Source of the DNA: Antedon mediterranea
Lineage: Eukaryota > Animalia > Echinodermata
Direction of reading: 5' to 3'
Length of the DNA: 64,000 nucleotides
Assembly (NCBI RefSeq): GCF_964355755.1
Contig: NC_092674.1
Coordinates: 11,408,001-11,472,000, forward strand
Part shown: piece after piece, positions 35,173 to 49,177 of the stretch
How positions within the stretch are numbered: position 1 is the first letter of the stretch
Layout: the number at the start of each line of letters is the position of its first letter
The notes under the pieces: generated by a model
What the model was told of the DNA's origin: nothing
The model's input: the letters and a program-made list of their open reading frames with translations, nothing else
The model's database searches: none
Made by a program: the position numbers and the translations under genes

Positions 35173-37624
35173 AGATGTATTGTCCCCCAAAAAATGAAAA
35201 ATAAAGATGGAAAAAATCAAATTTTGAATAGACCGTTTTGTAGTTAACATAAAGTTATTCACTTCCACCGAAAAAAAATCCGAAAAAAATATTGATTTCG
35301 CTTATAAAAAAATCAAAATAAGTTTACCATTTTTTCGAACTCGTCGGCTCAGAAATTAGGCCGGTAGAGCTAACTCATACATATGCATGATATGTTAATG
35401 AGCATCCACACAGCAGAGATCTGATCTAACAATGGACGATGCACGTTGTACAACAACACCACCAGAGATCGACGCTACTCGACTGTGGGTTTCCCTGGCC
35501 GGCCTGATCGTATAAATATGTAAAGCTGAGCTGTTAATTTGTCGGTAGGTAGGCCTAGACGGTTATTTTAAATATAATAATATATATAACGCAATAATAA
35601 CAGGAAGGTAAATTAATTAACTTAGCCTGGGATTTTTTCAGTTCAGGGCTAGGCCTAGAATAATTAATACATGCTGCTGCATATTACTAGGCTAGTAGCA
35701 AGCAGACTGTGACAATCAGGTCCCTGCAGAAGATGCCCAGCTAGGCCCTATACATTGTACTCTTCATAGACTGGCCTAGGCTATATGCCATCAATCTTAG
35801 CTACATTCCGAAAATACAGCCAGCTTGCTGTACCATATATATTTACAGGTGAAGCTTGTTTAACTAATTTTTATGATAAAAATAAAACAAACATTTTTCA
35901 GGGAAAATGGTTGCAATACAAGCCTGAAATGGAGAACCTTCCAGCAGCACTGTACAAGTAGACAGAGGGGAAAAGCCAGCTTAGCCATTTTACAACACAA
36001 ACAAATGTTCTCTGTACTGTAGTAAGTCAAATATTTATTTTCTCTTTTTATAAGTTATAACATTATAAGTAATGTGTTTTAATTACCATAGAAAGGTAGT
36101 ATATGTACTTATTTGACTATATGTCAAAGTAAGCAATTTCACTAGCACAATTTTGCACTAAATATGCATGATCTATTTTTTCCAGATTTTCATACTTTGC
36201 TTTTACTTTTTTTAAAGACGTTGATGAAGACTGGAACAGAGGTCACCCAAAGACAACAATGATAGACTCGGTATTGGAATATGATTGGATATTGCAGGAA
36301 AAATATTTCCGACTCTCCTGCTGCATTCGGCCAATATGTTCTTGTCCAGCTTGTAAAATATTGTATAATTTTGTTTGTATTATATGTACAGTATATTATT
36401 TTGTAAACATAACATTCAATAAATAAAAAAAAACTACTACAACAGTACACAGGATAAATTCTTCAAATTTACTTACACTTCATAATTTTACTGTAAATAT
36501 TACAGTGCAAAAGGAGTTAATAAAATATATATATACAGTATATCTTATTGAATTCCTGTATTGTTTTTTGTGTCAATTTGTCTACTAATTATCAATGTGT
36601 TGATTGTGGCAGTAATTACGACAGCTATAGTCTTCTAAGATCGCTCACATCCATTACAAAGTGTCATTTTAATAGTAAGAAACGTTTCAATAAATTGTGA
36701 ATGTTGCCACTGTACGATACATTTTATGTTTCTCACTACTTGCTCTTATTGTTCAATCAATCAACCTAAAAAAAAAGAAATTTGTGTCAAAATATCTGCA
36801 TAAAATGTTTATTTGCGGAATGTTAATTTGAACCTATTGCATTTGATAAAGAAAATATTTTTAAAATATTGCATCAGTAAAACATCCAAAACAATATTTA
36901 GATTTTCTTTTTTTTTAAATTTTCACTGCCGAATAGATAGTTGAAATCTTTAAAAATTAAACCAATTCATCATGATAGAAACAAAAATACATCCCTTCTG
37001 GTGGTGGTCTACTGTAGCCCTAGCTAGCAGTGTACTGCCTAGGCCTACTACACTCTACTTCTAGAGACAGAAGTAGGCAGCAGTTTAGGCTACTCGAGAC
37101 TGTCAGTGCTAGTAGTAGTAGACTAGTAGTACAGTAGCAGCAAATTCGGGCCTAGGCCTAGCTAGGCCTCTCCTGTTAGCGAAACAAAAACTCACCTAAA
37201 TGAATAAGATTCAACATCAAAGTTACTAACTGTAATTCTAACTTAGCATTCTGCTAGCTATAGTTTTCGTGTTTTCTTCAAGATTCGTCTCGCATCACTA
37301 CTCGACTCTCTCGCACGCACGCATTGCTATCGTTGTTGGCTGTTGATTTGGAAAGCATCATCATCCACATGATGTATCCATACAATATGAATATTTATGA
37401 GCTAACTCAGGTCAAGGGTTAAATTAAACCGGAACACATTTGTCTTCCAGACAAATAGCTTCCGGTTGGTTAATTTTTGCATTAAATTGCGATTTTCCCG
37501 TGTAAAAAATTATTTTTTTCAATCCAAATTGAGGTCAAAGTGAATAACTTTTATGTGCAATTAAAATGGCCTATTCAACAAAAATATTGAAAAAAAAAAT
37601 TTTTTTCAGGGGGACAATACATCT
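35173..37624. mobile_element. Kolobok-type non-autonomous DNA transposon (2.45 kb)
   Basis: TTAA|AGATGTATTGTCCCCC...GGGGGACAATACATCT|TTAA with ~130-bp imperfect arms; degraded coding-like interior. Confidence 0.85.
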
Positions 37625-38445
37625 TTAAATTATTAAAATTAATAGATATTTAACAATAATTGTTTTTTTTCAGTAAAAAAACATACTCGTAGTCCTAAAT
37701 TCCTATAGGCCTACTTACTGGTACCGTATGCATTGTATACAGATCAACTATTTGTATATTATTGATTACAATAAATATTGATGGATTGACTTTTATTACC
37801 CATTTAGAAATAAACCATACGTAATGGATTATTATATAGGTATACACATTGTAGGCCTATTATTATTACCACTATATATTTATTCACTCTGATGAAGAAG
37901 TGTTTCTAAAGCTTGGTATTAAATTCTCTATCTCCGTCCGTCCAATGATAAACAATTAAATGTAAATAATTTAAAAAAGTTAAATTGATTTGCAAATAAA
38001 AAACATTTAAAATAAAAAAAATAGAATACGGGTAGATATTTCAGGTACCTAAACAATTCAAGGTAATTGAAACAGAAATTTGTATTCCAAAGCATATAAA
38101 TATGATTCATTTGTACTTTCTATATATAAGGATAAGATTACATTTTATAATGTTAATTCGTATTAAATCTTAATTTTACAATCATATTATTCTACTGCTT
38201 TAATAGCCTATTTCCTATACAATAACTTTCCGTATCCCTACTCGACGTGCGAGGCGCCCTTTAAATTTAGCTCCATGGATGTTGTCTCGCTTTTATTTGC
38301 ATTGTTCTTTTAGTGTACCTGGTTCCCTGCTGCCAAAGAGCTGACGTTTTGCTCAAGTTTCTAGGCCTAGCTATAGGCCATGCAGTAGTATTTATTATTA
38401 AATGATTATTTTAAGTCATTATACTGTATACTGTGATTTCCAAGA

Positions 38446-41400
38446 ATGTTTTGTAGTCGTATTATTAGAAGGCATACATCCGGCTCGGTTGTTGTTAGTG
38501 CAAACAAGTTGTGCAGCAGGCCACGTGCGGCGGGATGGCCTAAGCCTAGGCCTACATCAAGTAGGCCTAAAACCCATGGTAACAGTTACACTGCCAGACC
38601 CAGTCGGCATCCACCCAGTCCTATGCCAATAATGATTGCCCTCCTCAACTATAGACTTGGTTTTGCCAATGATGTCAACAAAATGTATTATTCAACGTCC
38701 TTGTACACAACAGTGACTGAATCAAAAAAAGTGTCAATTGTTATGAAGCCCGAATTTGATTTCAATGAGTTGTTTGATGACAAAAATATAAAAAAACTGG
38801 AAGAAAGCATATCAAAAAGGAAGCTAAATTTTAATTTGAATAAACTTGTAAGTATTTGATTTTACAAACTCAAATCAAGGAGATGTCATCTGAATGTTTT
38901 CTGATATGGCGAACTGCGGGGACACGCCAGGGCGGTCGGTGTGAAAGGTACCAACATCAACTCGGGAGTTGTTAGATCAAAAGATCATCTTCACACAGTC
39001 AATCATGCTTTAGTTTTATTTAAAAATACTTTAAATATTTGTACAAAGTATATTCATTCCAAAAAATAATCAAGTATAAATAAAACATTTTAAATTATTA
39101 AATTAGAAATATCAATTAAAATTATCAAAATAGAGGGTGGTATTTACGATTTTATCAAAGAATATAAATCACAAGAATGAGTATTCCGCGATTTTTGCAT
39201 GATAAATTTGTAACAAAGAGCGAGGGCGAATGTATACAGACTAAATAAGACTTGATAAGAATAGATATTATACATGTCACATTAAATAGAATTATGATAA
39301 TATATTTTGCAATTGTAAAACATTTTATACAGCATTTAATAACGAACTAGTGTACATTCACTTCTACAGAAAATGATTTACTACCATGCTAAATTAGTTC
39401 ACAAAAAAGGCCTAACACAGCAACACCAAAAATCAACGAATCGTTACTCAGCACGGCCTATTCTTTACCATTGTCTCGCACTAATCTACGACCTGTAAAT
39501 TAAGGATTGTTTTTATGATATAAATTAGTATAAAATACATGTTATTACCGGTAATAGGATACAATGTTAAATTTCATTAACATTTATTTGTTTTACCAGA
39601 AACAAGTTAAATATAGGAATATTATTAAACTATCCTTCGTGAAAACGCATAAATACTGACACGCCCGGTCACGCTATCGTAGCGCCCGGTTGATAAAGTC
39701 GAACTGTTTATACGGCAGTTTTTACTAAATAAATTGCATAAAACGAACAATTAAATATCCAAATAGCATTTAACATGATGTTGGCATGTAGTTGATAACA
39801 TTTTTTATCATGAAAATACTACCGGTGGTCTAGCCTTTGATTAGTGAAACCGTCTCAAAAAGTTGTATACATCCCAGATACATCCTCACTTATGGTGGCG
39901 CCCTACCACATGGACAATATTACTGTTACAGGGAACATCGCTATAAAATTGATATATATATATTCTATATTCTTATCCACTCAACTAGAAATGTCTTTAA
40001 GATATCTTAACCATAAAAAAAAAACCACTTCTAGGTGAATTTTGAGCCAAATGTGGCTGAAGATGATATTATATTATTAAAAAACAAGTTATGGGTTGTT
40101 GATTTCCCTATAACCATTGTCATTTACTGCGAGTTTCCCATAATTTTAGACCAAATCATAATTCTGCAAAGTTTTTACTGTAAGTCTTTCCATATTTCCG
40201 TAATTGGGCCGAATTTCTGTAGTAATTATGGATGTTCCATAGTATTTGCTGTCTTATGTTGGGCCCAAATTATAAAAAATCTAGTTTCTACTCAAAAACA
40301 AATAGGCCTCCATCTAGGTATTTTATGATAGGTTAGTATTATTCTTGTTTTGCCTTGGCTGAGCTCATTGTGTCAACTAGATTCATTGCATACATTTGCA
40401 TTGACATATGACAGCATATGACCTTTTTTCCCGAAGTATACTTTGAATAAAGTGGTTTATCTTAAGCTGAGCTGTAGTACTGTATGTTTTGATATTTATC
40501 AATTGCAGATATACTTGTGGGAGAAATTAAAAGATGTTGAAGACAACATGAATTTTCTTAAATCAAAAAGAGAAATGCTAAAGGAAGAGGCTAAGAAATT
40601 TAGCAAACTGGTAAGTACAGCAATATAAGTTCAATTACAGTAAAATTCCTCCTTTGAGGGGACACCATTAAATGAATTAGGGTACGTTCACACGTACAGT
40701 GTAAGAAAGGCGTGGCAAAGAAGTCCAAAGGGTACGTTCACACATATGGCCTAAGAATGGCATGGCAAAGAAGTCCAAAGGGTACGTTCACACGTACTGC
40801 GTAAGTACCGTTTACGTTTTAAAAGTTAAACCCTTCGTTTCTTTTTAGATTTTACTCTGTCTTTATGACAATCTTTTGGGTTTTTTTAAACCATTTCTTG
40901 AAATATAGTCCGCACTTGATTTCTAAATCAATTCTTTCCTGAAAAAAAAACTCTGCTTTTGGCCATTATTTACTTTTATTTTACCATAAACAATTTATGC
41001 GCTTTTAGATCAAGAGCAGAGACCAGCTAAATAGCTTCTTTTTATATCGGCTATAAAATTTACAGTAAAACAAGAATTAATTGGTAAATATCTTGAAATA
41101 AGATCAAATCATTCAACTGTCGCTGGAATAAATAACTTCAGGTATGTGGCTTAGTGAGTTGCTTTGATAACGCCACTGCCTAGTTCACGTGCAAGGTGTA
41201 CGCCATACGTGTGGTGAACAGGATGTAACAAGTAATACCTCTATGGCAAAACCCCTAATCAGGGAAAATTTTGTTGGTCCCGAAGGTGGGACCCTAATAT
41301 ATGAGTTCTACTGTATTCAAAATTTAAGATGGAGAGTTCTAAATGGACAATAAATGGGAACAAAGATTTAGTGTCTTTTTCACTACATACTATAAATTTG

Positions 41401-44400
41401 TAACTTTTAGATTTATTATAATTTCAATATCACTTATTTTTTATATGTTTTTTTAACAGAACATTAAACCTGAAGATGGGAATTATCGGACAGATGGAAA
41501 ACGTGTTCGAGAAAACTTAAAAAAAGCCAAAGTATGTTTTGTCAATCCTGTGATCTAGATTTAATTATAAAGTGGTAATTTTGTTTTAAATCGAAATTGT
41601 AGGCCTAAAGTTGTTTCTTTTTTGTGTATCTTTTAAAGACGTAGGGTGAGTCCCGTGTTCTCTGAACGTAGGGGAATGAGCTGTTAGGAGCTCATTGTAC
41701 TAAGCCTCGGCATTATGTGGTAGGGTAGCCAGTTCCTTTCCACGCCGCCTTTTTTCTCCCTAGTATTTTCAACCAGGTACTCATTTTACAGCTGAGTGTA
41801 CTGGGAGTTGTCGGGTATTGAACCCGGGTCTATCTGTACGACAGTCAAGTGTCCTAACCACTCGGCTATCCAACTCCTCCGTTAAAGACCTATTGTCTGC
41901 CAAAAACATGAAAAAATAAGATTAATAAAATCAGGCTTTGAATAGCCAATTCGTAACCGGAAAAAAATAATATTTTCACTTATAAAAGGACAAAATAAAC
42001 GGTTAAATTCAACCAAAAACCAATTGGCTGCCAGCCAATTTGACCAAAGTTTTTTTGGTAAAAGTTAGTAAATGTAATATTACAATTGCATATTCAACAC
42101 AAAAATTAAAAAAGTTATTTTTTTCATATGCCCTGGCACATTTATATTGTTAGCATCAATTATGTTTAATATATTAACTTTAAAGAAAAATTATATTTCA
42201 GGCTCTGTATAATTCTTTATCAGAAGAACTGTACATTTCAACACTTCAACTTCCAAACATTCTACATCCAGACACTGTAAGTAACTAACTTCTACTAAAT
42301 CTAGATATAGATAAGAAAAAAGTGCGTAAAATGTATATAATTTACAGTATTCATACATTGTTTAATAACTGTAAATAATGAGTTGGCACGGCATTTTCCT
42401 GCTGTGGCATGCCTGACATACCCATTATATATAGATGCCAATATCTTTAGATAGGACCCTCTGATTTTATGTATTGTAGCACCCTCTATAGTTTAATAAA
42501 ACTCTCCCAATATTTCATTTTTCCAAGTTGGAAGGTTTTATACTGACATGTGAATAAAAATATTTTTTTTTAGCCATCAAAAGATATGGTTATTGAAGTG
42601 AAGGGTGAGAAACCACAATTCATCAAAAACCATGTTCAGTTTGGGTCTGAAAATCATCTATTAAGTTATAAGTAAGTTAATTTTTCTCCAGATTTCACAA
42701 AAAGAAACTTAAAATCTTATGTATGGTCATGACGGGACCTTTTAGAATGTAAAATGTCAATCTAAAACTATGAGATTTGGGTATTCCCAATTTTAGACCT
42801 TAATGTGGTGGGGTAAGAGGCAGCTGGCCCCTATTTAGGCTAAATGTTGATATTTTCAATTCAAAAGAAAGGACATTAAGATCAACAAACACTTAATTTT
42901 ACACTTATTATTATTTCAAAATCCTAAATCCACCATTGATATTCCGTTCTTTAAATACAAATTGTGCGATGCTTTGATATCATTAATTGTAGTATTCATA
43001 TTACATACCTTTTTTTGAAGGTTTCAATTCAAAATCTTCCCTATGTACCATATACATTATAAAATTAATATTGTAGAATAATAAAAACAAGTATATGATG
43101 TTCACTTTCTTCTAGCCATGATGTAGTACATCCTGGTACCTGTTATTTACATAGTGATTTGGCATTACTTGAGATGGCACTACAACGGTGGATGACTGAT
43201 GCTTTAATAAAGAAAGGTTTTACAAGGTTCTCAAGCCCTGATATGTATAAACCTATAGCATTGGTATGTGTGTATTACCGTATATTTCGGTGTATAAGTC
43301 GCACTTTTGACACGCAAATTTGACCTCTAAATTAAGGGTGCGTCTTATACACCGAACATAAATGCCTCACCACACAGATTGTACATAGGCCTAGCCTAGG
43401 CCTATCGTCACCTCGTTTGCTAGGCCTGAGTAGGCTAGGCCTAGCTAAAGTAACTAACTAACGTAACGGCAACCTGCTTCTGCCTAGTTTTCAAGGCATT
43501 TTAGCATGATGTTATACTAAAAATATGATGAAAAGATTTGTTCATTATGGCGATAAAATTTAATTTGTAAACGTTTACGTACGATTGGAATAGTATTTAT
43601 TTATACAGTAGTTATACGCACGATCGCCGTACCCCCAGCGCAAGCCCTTCTTGGCGGCCACATGGTGTACGGTATTCGACTAGTATATTCTCCAGGTGAT
43701 TATAGCATGGACCTAGCGTATACACTTCTTAGATACATGGATACTAATCGAATACGATTGTCCGTGAAAACGTCCGCCCTCTCGAAATGATCGAGCGAGG
43801 CTAGCACACATATGTACGTGTATACACACATGGTCATGCACTCGATGTTGCGGCTGTTGAGGCTGGGCGCGGCCAAGCCTAGGTAAGAAAAAACCTAAAT
43901 AAAGGACGCCGTTGCAGATATAACAAAATATATTATTACAATAATATTGATTACAATTTAAAAAAACATTGTTTTGATGAAATATAAGGTGCGTCTTATA
44001 CACCGACGATATAAAAAATACCGATATTTTACTCTCAGTTAGGGGGTGCGTCTTATACAAAGGTGCGACTTATACACCGAAATATACGGTAAATGCTAAA
44101 TCTGGTCACAGTAAAATGTAACATTAGAGAATATCCAGTTGTATTTCTAGGCCTAGTACTACTACTTTTGGTGAACTTAGTAACTGATAATTGTTAAAAT
44201 GAGACAGTTTTATTATTTAATTATTTATTTTATCATTATTTATTTTAAGCTATGTTTGTCTTTTAGGAAGCATATGGAGTTGATATAACAAATCCAGAAC
44301 AGGTAAACATTTCACCAGTGTATCGTGGCAGAACAAATGTATTGCTACACATATTATAAAATGGTGTAGAAAAAATGCAGTACAAAACTATGTTTCTTAC

Positions 44401-47400
44401 TGAAGAAGATTAATTATTAGTAGATAAGAGTAATATAGAGTTCTGCGGTTTATGTATCTCAGTTCAGTGTATCTTTAATGCAAACTGTCGCTGGACCCAT
44501 TCAGACTTACCTGGGTAAGTTGGTTACCCACCAAAGTTAGCAATAATTGGTCCATAAAGCTAACCTAATGGAAAATAACCAACCAATTTATAGCCCATTT
44601 TTAACAATCAATTTTGTGCAGTATTTTAAATAGTAGAAATGAATTTAGGTCATTTTGGAGAGATATATTTATGATTTTGTGTGTTTTTTCTTTAGGTGTT
44701 TACGGTGCTAACTAGTGATAGTAATATGTACCTTACAGGCGTGTCATCAGCTGCTTTCGCAGGTAAGTGTCTGCAAATAGAACTCAAACCTAAGCCAGAA
44801 TTGACCATGGCAAGCATGCAGTGTACTGGTTGAGAAGGCATGGAGAGAATGAAGACAAAAAACTTAAATTACAGCCAATTAATAGTTATGTTTTCTGATG
44901 GTAGATGTACAACTATTGCGGACCTAGAATTAAAAATTGTAATGTAGGATACTGGTATGGACAATGCACTAGATTGGTCAAGACTCATAGAATTCTATTA
45001 CTTCCTATGGTTATAATCAATTAAGCTATGTACACATACACCATAGAAATGTGTACTATGTGTACAATGGCCAGTGGATAGGTAGATAATTGTTCAATTA
45101 TCAATCATCTGCATAGGCAGGGTATAGAAAAAATCAAAATAAAATATGTTGGAACTGCTTGAATATAAATGTATTACCAAATGTTTTGGACCTAGTCCAT
45201 CATCAGGCGAAGACATAAAACAAGACATATCATTCACAATATTAAATTTAATCAAACAAATCAGCCAATCAAAGATGTCAACAATCATTTAAGGCATAGT
45301 TATAAACTGTTACAAAGTAATGTAATACGTTCTTATTATTAGGTTTCATGGGAGTGAACTTATTTAGCAGTTAACTGTCCGTACCTTAAATTTATCTTGT
45401 GAACTGAGCCCATGCTTTGATTTAAATTTGACATGGCATGTTAAAAAACATTTTTTCGTAATAAATAACTAATGCTTTAGTTTTTTTACATTTTTCTAGC
45501 TTACTACATGATGGCAGTTCTTGAGTATAGTGAACTACCACAGAGGTTAGTGTACTACTCTGTCGTTGATTAATTGTTCTAACAACAGTGTAATCTGCAA
45601 TCTTCTAACTACAGTACACATAAAGTCCAAAATGTTTGCGTATTCTGTAATTAAGACGCTATTCAATTGTTGTTTGACGTTCATCGAAACTAAAGTCGCG
45701 AAAATGTAACACCAAAAAAAAATTTAGGGCCGCGAAAATGTTGGGCTATACAGTATACAAAAACTGGTGGTCAGAATGATGTTCAGTGCCTGATCATTGT
45801 GCTGGGAACTCGGTCTCTGTATCAATTTCATGATCTCAATATCTTGCATATTGATATGGCTTTCAGTTTACACTCCCAGCTAGAGTAGGTAAGACAGTTT
45901 TGTTAGCTTGCTAACATTTAATATTTAAATTTCCTCTGCATAATGCTTTTAATGATTACCATCAGCTTCTACCATGAAATGGTTGTGTACAGACATGTTC
46001 CTTAGATAATGCTTAACAAGTTTTTGTTTTGTTTTTGTAGATGTTTTTCTGTCGGAACTTATTATGATGCAACAAAAGGTATTGTCATACAATGATTTGC
46101 CTTATAGTATAGATGCTACTATACCAGATACTAAATTATGGACATTCTATTCTAAGATGAATATTGGCAAGAGATGGATAATGTCAATATTGTATATAAG
46201 CAATTAATTTTTAAGTTTTTATACATTCATGATTTAAATTCTTGTATGATACATTTGTTTGTTTTGTACTTAAATCATTCATCTGATTTTTTTTATAGAT
46301 TTTAAATCATTTACTGGTCTCCATAATTTGATGCAAAGGAAACAGATTGAGATTGGATGTCTATGCCATACAGATAGCGAGGAGGATGTTTTCAAACAGA
46401 TTGTTACAACGCTGTTTGATCTTTATTCAAAGCTTCCATTGCAATTAAGGTATTAGTTGATCTTTTTTAAAAATTTTATTCTAAACTAAACAAAAATTAT
46501 ACGGAATGAAGTTGCCCATTATTAAAATCGCAGTGATTAAAGTTTTGAAAAAGTTAATTCGGCAACTAAAATGGGCTATAAAAGAGTTAATTAAGAAATA
46601 GTGCATTTTTAGTATCTATAATTTACCTGAAAACTAACCAATCAAATGATTGTTTAGTTGTTCTCACCCAACCCAGGGTATAAAATGCTACAGTATACTG
46701 TATAATAGTATAAATAATTTTTTCTTAGACTAGTTGAAGTTAGTGTGCAAGACTTTTTACCTAGCATGTACAGAAAACAAGCTATTGAGGTGTGGCTTCC
46801 ATCAACGCAAGAATATCATGAGGTATATTTATAAACAAAATTCAATGTACAGTAACATTCTGATTATAGACTCGTACACTTTCACAATTGTTTTCTAATT
46901 TAATCCATAAATCACTTATTGCTGTGATTTTCTGAATAGATGGGAGGATATTCACCTCGAGCTACTTATGTAGTGCATTGTTTCTCACTTTTTATCATAA
47001 TTTACCATAAAACGAACATTTAAGAAAAGGGATGACCTGGTTTAATGTTTTTAAAGTATTATGCATTATTTTTACAAAACGTCAACAATTTTAGGGAAGG
47101 TGTCTTTAAATGAATGCAGCTGCAGTAGCCAAGTGATTAGGATACTTGACTCTAATGCAGGGGTCAATTTCTAAACTAAAATGACTCCTAGTCCACTTCA
47201 TAATGTTAGTGTATATATATAGCGCATTCCACAAACAATGTCTTCTCAATGCACTGTGGATTTGGATTTTACACTTTTCAAGTACATGCTTTGCAGTGCT
47301 GCCAACTACATCACTATTTCATTTGTCCACGCCAATGGCTGTGTGAAACATGTACTAGGTTTTTTAAAGTACACATGAGTGTACACTGGACCTACAGTTT

Positions 47401-49177
47401 ATAGTCCTTATCCGAGAAGACCACCAGAACCATGACGCGAGTAAGCTTCGAACCCTTGCCATAATGCTATGGATTACCGTTCCACTGTTTTAACCGCTCG
47501 ACCACTCACTACTTAGCTCTGTAATAACTACCTGGTTAAGAAATACTAGGGAGTAAATTGCAGCATGGAAAGGAACTGGTGACACATAATGCTTTGTGCA
47601 ATAAGCTCCTAACAGCTCATTCTCCATGTTTAGAAAGAATACAGGACTCGCCATTTACTTAAATTTATGTACGATTCTAAAAACATTTTGTTGTTGATAT
47701 TTGTTAGGTTGCCTCTGTTTATAGCTGTAGAGATTACGTCAGTAGACGTTTAAAGATACGATATCCAGCTGATTCAAAACAAACTGCTGCTTTAAGCAGA
47801 AAGAGACTCCATGCACACACAGTAAGATAAAACCATATTTAATTGTTGTTTTTCATGCTAAGTTATATAACATAACTCTTTTAAATAATATATCAAGATG
47901 ATAATTTAATAAAACAATGTATGTTGAGAAGCATGTCAGTACTTATAAACCTCCAATTTAAAGAAAATTACATCAAATTTACTATACTTCAATCTAGTTG
48001 TTTGAACATATGCATATTCTTGCATAGAAACATTTAGTATAGTAACACAGTACAGCACCAATATGTATTACACAATAATACTACCACTGTTGTTTTTGTT
48101 TTAAAAATTGTTTTCTGTGTATGTCTATGTTGAAGCATGAATACAAATTATAATAATAATAATAACAATAGTTCATTCTTATATAGCGCATATAAGCAAG
48201 CTTTCAATGCGCTGAACATTATTACCCCAGTCATTTCTTGGATAAAATGCGTATGGAAACATACTCCCATAATGCAGCTAGTAATCAGCACAAAGTTGTC
48301 TTGATTTACACCTGGGTGGAGAGAGACAAACGTAAGTAAAGTACCTTGCCTAAGGATACAAGCAATGCGGCGAGAGTTCAACACACTGCGCCACACGCCC
48401 TCACAAATATATTGAAAATGCAAGTTTCTGTTTCAACAAGAAACTTTCGATATATTTACTTTGATGTCTAGTTTTTTAATGTCGACATTGTTGAAAATAT
48501 TGTTCACTAAAAATATTAAATTTTTCAAATATATTTTTATAGATTCATGGAACAGCAGTTCAAATACCTGTGCTGCTAGCTGTGTTATTGGAATCATGCC
48601 AATCAGAGGTAGAAATAAAATATATTTGACCAAATAGTGCTATTGAAAATTAGATATAAAGTAAATTATTATAGACAGAAAGACAGGATTTTCTGTAATC
48701 TTAAATTTATTCCTATGATATGTGAAGCTGTATTAATGAAAATCAATCAATCGTTCCATTTTTAAAAGCGCCATTCCAACAGTCATTGCTTATGGCGCTG
48801 AACTTGCATTTAAGATACTGTACAAATTGTCTATTTGATTAGGTACTTTTTTATTTCTAAGCCGGATTCCAAAAACATTTGTTCAAGAGAGGCCTATAGT
48901 AGTTAATTTTTGAACTTTTTTAAACAATCATTTATTTTCAATTGAAAAGGTGCTTTTTGAAAAAAACAGAACATCTTGAATTTTAGGTCGATTTTTTAAG
49001 GCCGACTTTTTTATGCCTGAGATGCTTGAGATACAATACAATGTGGTTAGTGCCTATGCACTGAAGTGTGTGACTACGGAAGCTTTTGATAATATCTTTT
49101 AATAACATTATTTATTTCAGAACAACAGCTTTGTAATACCAGCAGAGCTAAAGGAGTTTGTTCCAAAAGCAGTTTAA
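38446..49177 (+). CDS. Mitochondrial seryl-tRNA synthetase paralogue with degenerate active site (SLIMP-like), 15 exons, ~521 aa
   Basis: In-frame exons: 38446-38847, 40509-40610, 41460-41531, 42202-42276, 42574-42671, 43116-43263, 44267-44302, 44696-44762, 45500-45545, 46041-46078, 46299-46449, 46729-46822, 47708-47821, 48543-48608, 49121-49177 (1566 nt). SerRS landmarks: LPNILHPDTP, LALLEMAL..KGF....PD, ELPQR, IEVWLPS..EYHEVAS..SC.DY.SRRLKIRY, HAHTIHGTA, FVIP..LK.F. The Arg/Ser-rich, acid-free N-terminus resembles a mitochondrial targeting peptide. Start codon uncertain (38446 vs ~38623/38632). Confidence 0.88.
40638..41313. mobile_element. Tc1/mariner-like MITE with internal 50-bp tandem repeats
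   Basis: TA|CAGTAAAATTCCTC...GAGTTCTACTG|TA; gggtacgttcacac units at 40680, 40730 and 40780. Confidence 0.6.
41635..41880 (-). mobile_element. tRNA-derived SINE
   Basis: Minus strand has A-box tagccgagtggt, B-box gggttcaatacc and body cactcagctgtaaaatgagtacctgg. A homologous split copy lies at ~47120-47660. Confidence 0.75.
41886..42126. mobile_element. Third, degraded copy of the AGATGTATTGTCCCC Kolobok-type MITE
   Basis: ttaa|agacctattgtctgccaaaaacatgaaaaaataagattaataaaa aligns with 24926 onward; the right end is eroded. Confidence 0.6.
43278..44089. mobile_element. Tc1/mariner (pogo-like) MITE, probably young
   Basis: TA TSD; perfect 27-bp TIR CCGTATATTTCGGTGTATAAGTCGCAC; subterminal gtgcgtcttatac repeats. 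Confidence 0.9.
47120..47660. mobile_element. Nested SINEs: a minus-strand Deu/Nin-like SINE (~47205-47506) inside a plus-strand copy of the 41635-41880 SINE
   Basis: Head tagccaagtgattaggatacttgact (47126) and tail ggaaaggaactgg...agctcctaacagctcatt (47567-47620) are separated by a reverse copy of the 22465-22800 SINE. Confidence 0.65.
48148..48402 (-). mobile_element. CORE-type SINE with L2-like tail
   Basis: Minus strand: gtggcgcagtg head, tccttaggcaaggtact...ctctccacccaggtgtaaat core, gcgctatataag...(tta)n tail. Confidence 0.7.

Noticed and set aside
45035-45067. Possible further CA..TG micro-hairpin (catag...ctatg)
   Set aside because: Only 5-bp arms and a 4/7 flank match; compatible with chance.
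38446-49177. Annotation as canonical SARS2 or as a pseudogene
   Set aside because: Catalytic motif 2/3 arginines and TxE are absent, so it is not an active SerRS; the frame and all splice phases are intact, so it is not a pseudogene.
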